Assembly: GCA_963766685.1 (NCBI GenBank)
Contig: CAVYBJ010000012.1
Coordinates: 17,500 to 81,499, forward strand
Length of the DNA: 64,000 nt
From: an uncultured Chloroflexia bacterium
GTDB taxonomy: Bacteria; Chloroflexota; Limnocylindria; Limnocylindrales; CSP1-4
Direction of reading: 5' to 3'
The notes under the pieces were generated by a model, which was not told where the DNA came from, did no database searches, and saw only the letters and a list, made by a program, of their open reading frames with translations. The position numbers and the translations under genes are program-made. Shown here piece after piece: positions 60,373-64,000 of the stretch. Within the stretch, counting starts at the first letter, position 1. Each line of letters begins with the position of its first letter.

Positions 60373-61453
60373 TCAGAGCCCGACCCCGGAGGGCAGGTAG
60401 AGGCCCTGGTCGGCGAGCTCGTCCGCGACGGGGTACGACTCGCCAGCGAAGAGGCCGCGCTCCAGGAGGGCGGGCTGCCGGTGCATGCCGAGGAAGAACG
60501 GCCGCGTCTCCACCCTGCGCGGCGCAGGCGGTCGGCGAGGGCCGGGGCGTCGAGGCCGGTCGCGCCGATCGAGGACGAGGCCGTTCATCCAGTAGACGCT
60601 CCTGGCCCAGTCGCGCTCGGCCTGGAGCCGGACGCCGGCGAGCCGCGAAGCCCTGCCGCGTACGGCGGACCGATCGCCCGCTTGCGCGCGACCGTCTCGT
60701 CGATCTGCTCGACCTGTGCGAGCCCGATGGCCGCCTGGACGTTCGTGAGGCGGAAGTTGAACCCGAGCTCTCGTGATGGAGGAAGCGGCGCTCCGGCTCG
60801 AAGGCGAGGTTGCGGAGCGGCGCAGGCGCTCGGCGAGCTGCTCGTCGTCGGTCAGGACCATGCCGCCTTCGCCCGTGGTGACGAGCTTGTTGGCGTAGAA
60901 GCTGAAGCAGCTGGCCTCGCCGAAGCTGCCGCATCGCCGCCAGCCGTTCGCCATCGTCGCCGGCGCAGCAGGTACTCGGCGCCGTGCGCCTCCGCGGCGT
61001 CCTCGATGACGGCCAGGCCGTGCGTCTGGGCCAGGCGGAGGACGGGTCCATGTCCACCGGATGCCCGTAGATATGGACGGGCATGATGGCCCGGGTCCGG
61101 CGGTGATCCTCGCCTCGACCTGGCCGACGTCCATGCACCAGGTCTCGGGGTCGGCGTCGACGAGGACCGGCGTCGCCCCGGCGTAGAGACCGCCAGCGCG
61201 CACGAGACGATCGTGAACGTCGGCAGGATGACCTCGTCGCCCGGGCCGATGCCCAAGGCCGCGACCGCCAGCTGCAGGGCGACCGTCCCGTTGGCGACCG
61301 CGACGCCGTGCCGGCGGCCGCAGTACGTCGGCCCAGGCGTCCTCGAACGCGTCGATGAAGCGGCCGGTCGACGAGATCCAGCCGGTGTCGAGACACTCGG
61401 CGACATATCGGCCGCCTCGGCTCGCCGAGCACCGGCTCGCTGACCGGGATCAC
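60373..61453 (-). CDS. DegT/DnrJ/EryC1/StrS-family sugar aminotransferase, at least 6 frameshifts
   Basis: GTG 61453 overlaps the upstream stop (GTGA). VIPVSEPVLGE | YVAECLDTGWISSTGRFIDAFEDAW | HGVAVANGTVALQLAVAALGIGPGDEVILPTFTIVSCA | YAGATPVLVDADPETWCMD | AIMPVHIYGHPVDMD | SFYANKLVTTGEGGMVLTDD (PLP-Lys region) | RPFFLGMHRQPALLERGLFAGESYPVADELADQGLYLPSGVGL*. Confidence 0.75.
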
Positions 61454-61871
61454 AGCGGCTGGCCGTCCGCTGCGGTCCGAACCGCTCCTTCTCGCGGGCC
61501 CCCGTACGGGCCTTGCTTGACCTCGAAGAGAACGGTGTCCTCGATCATCCGGAAGCCGTGGCCGCCGCCCAGGAGAGGACCGCATCACCCGCGATCAGCT
61601 CGTGCGACGAAACGAGCCGACGGTCATCCGAGTAGATGTCCACGATGCACCGGCCGCTACGGACAACAAGCAACTCAGATGTACCAACGACTCTGCGCTC
61701 GACCGGCAAGTGAAGATGCGCCTCGACCTGCCACCCGCCCGATAGACGACGAATCCGGCCTGAAGGTCGAGTCGTCCGACGTGAAGAAGTCGGTCGAAGC
61801 GCTGGAGGCGATCGCGCGATGACGTAAGCGAGCGTTGTGCCGCGGTCCTGGACCCGCTCGATGCCGGTCAT
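61450..61871 (-). CDS. Cupin-fold protein of polysaccharide clusters (WbuC-like), frameshifted
   Basis: ATG 61871 gives MTGIERVQDRGTTLAYVI | FFTSDDSTF | GWQVEAHLHLPVERRVVGTSELLVVRSGRCIVDIYSDDRRLVSSHELIAGDAVL | MIEDTVLFEVKQGPYGG...QPL* (TGA 61450). Confidence 0.5.
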
Positions 61872-62146
61872 CTGTTTCAGTCCGGCGCTGGTGCGGCCCG
61901 GCCACGGCCCGCGTCCTGAGCGATGCATCGACAGCCCTCTCGTGAAGCTCTCCTCATGGTCCCCTTTCCGCACAGAGTCAACGAGGTCGACGACATCGTC
62001 GTGAGCAGGGCGCTGCTGCCCGACCGTCAACACCCGCGTACGCAGCCATCCATGTCGCTTGCACGGCACGATAGTAGTGGTGCGCGCTGGCACCAATGGG
62101 ACGCGAGCTCCAGCGCCTCAGCCTATTTCCGCGATGGCTCGGATAG

Positions 62147-64000
<1,854 letters not shown>

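Overview
A visibly very GC-rich 64-kb chromosomal segment. Gene content suggests an Actinomycetota-like Gram-positive (sufB-sufD-Rieske order, GT87/DUF2029, lgt); this is an inference.

Three blocks:
- (i) 1-12.7 kb: a sugar / sugar-acid catabolic island. It holds an IclR regulator, an aldehyde dehydrogenase, a ribose-type ABC importer, two PfkB kinases, two KDPG-type aldolases, an enolase-superfamily dehydratase and an SMP-30 lactonase.
- (ii) 12.7-44.6 kb: mixed envelope and housekeeping genes. These include glutaminyl cyclase, a SpoIID-like protein, an M4 metalloprotease, dihydropyrimidinase, mdh, a sensor-less histidine kinase, a sulfotransferase followed by two tandem paralogous secreted double-propeller FG-GAP proteins, lgt, sufBD plus Rieske, a membrane retropepsin-PDZ protease, and an SRAP / VapBC / AlkZ-like DNA-damage corner.
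- (iii) 44.6-64 kb: a by-eye lower-GC, ABC-transporter-dependent (Wzm/Wzt) glycan biosynthesis cluster. It has about 9 glycosyltransferases, 3 methyltransferases, a DegT aminotransferase, a cupin and fcl, and is interrupted by a 1.96-kb IS with 28-bp inverted repeats.

I found no rRNA, tRNA or CRISPR array.

Major caveat: about two thirds of the genes give a full-length, family-like protein only if the reading frame is switched one or more times. The cause is almost entirely indels, and some sit in homopolymers. Many ORF-track entries are therefore fragments or artificial fusions, and gene ends are approximate. I see no clear-cut, well-supported new system. The most unusual candidates are the sulfotransferase plus double-propeller module, the capped-glycan export cluster, and the short hairpin-forming tandem repeats at convergent gene junctions.
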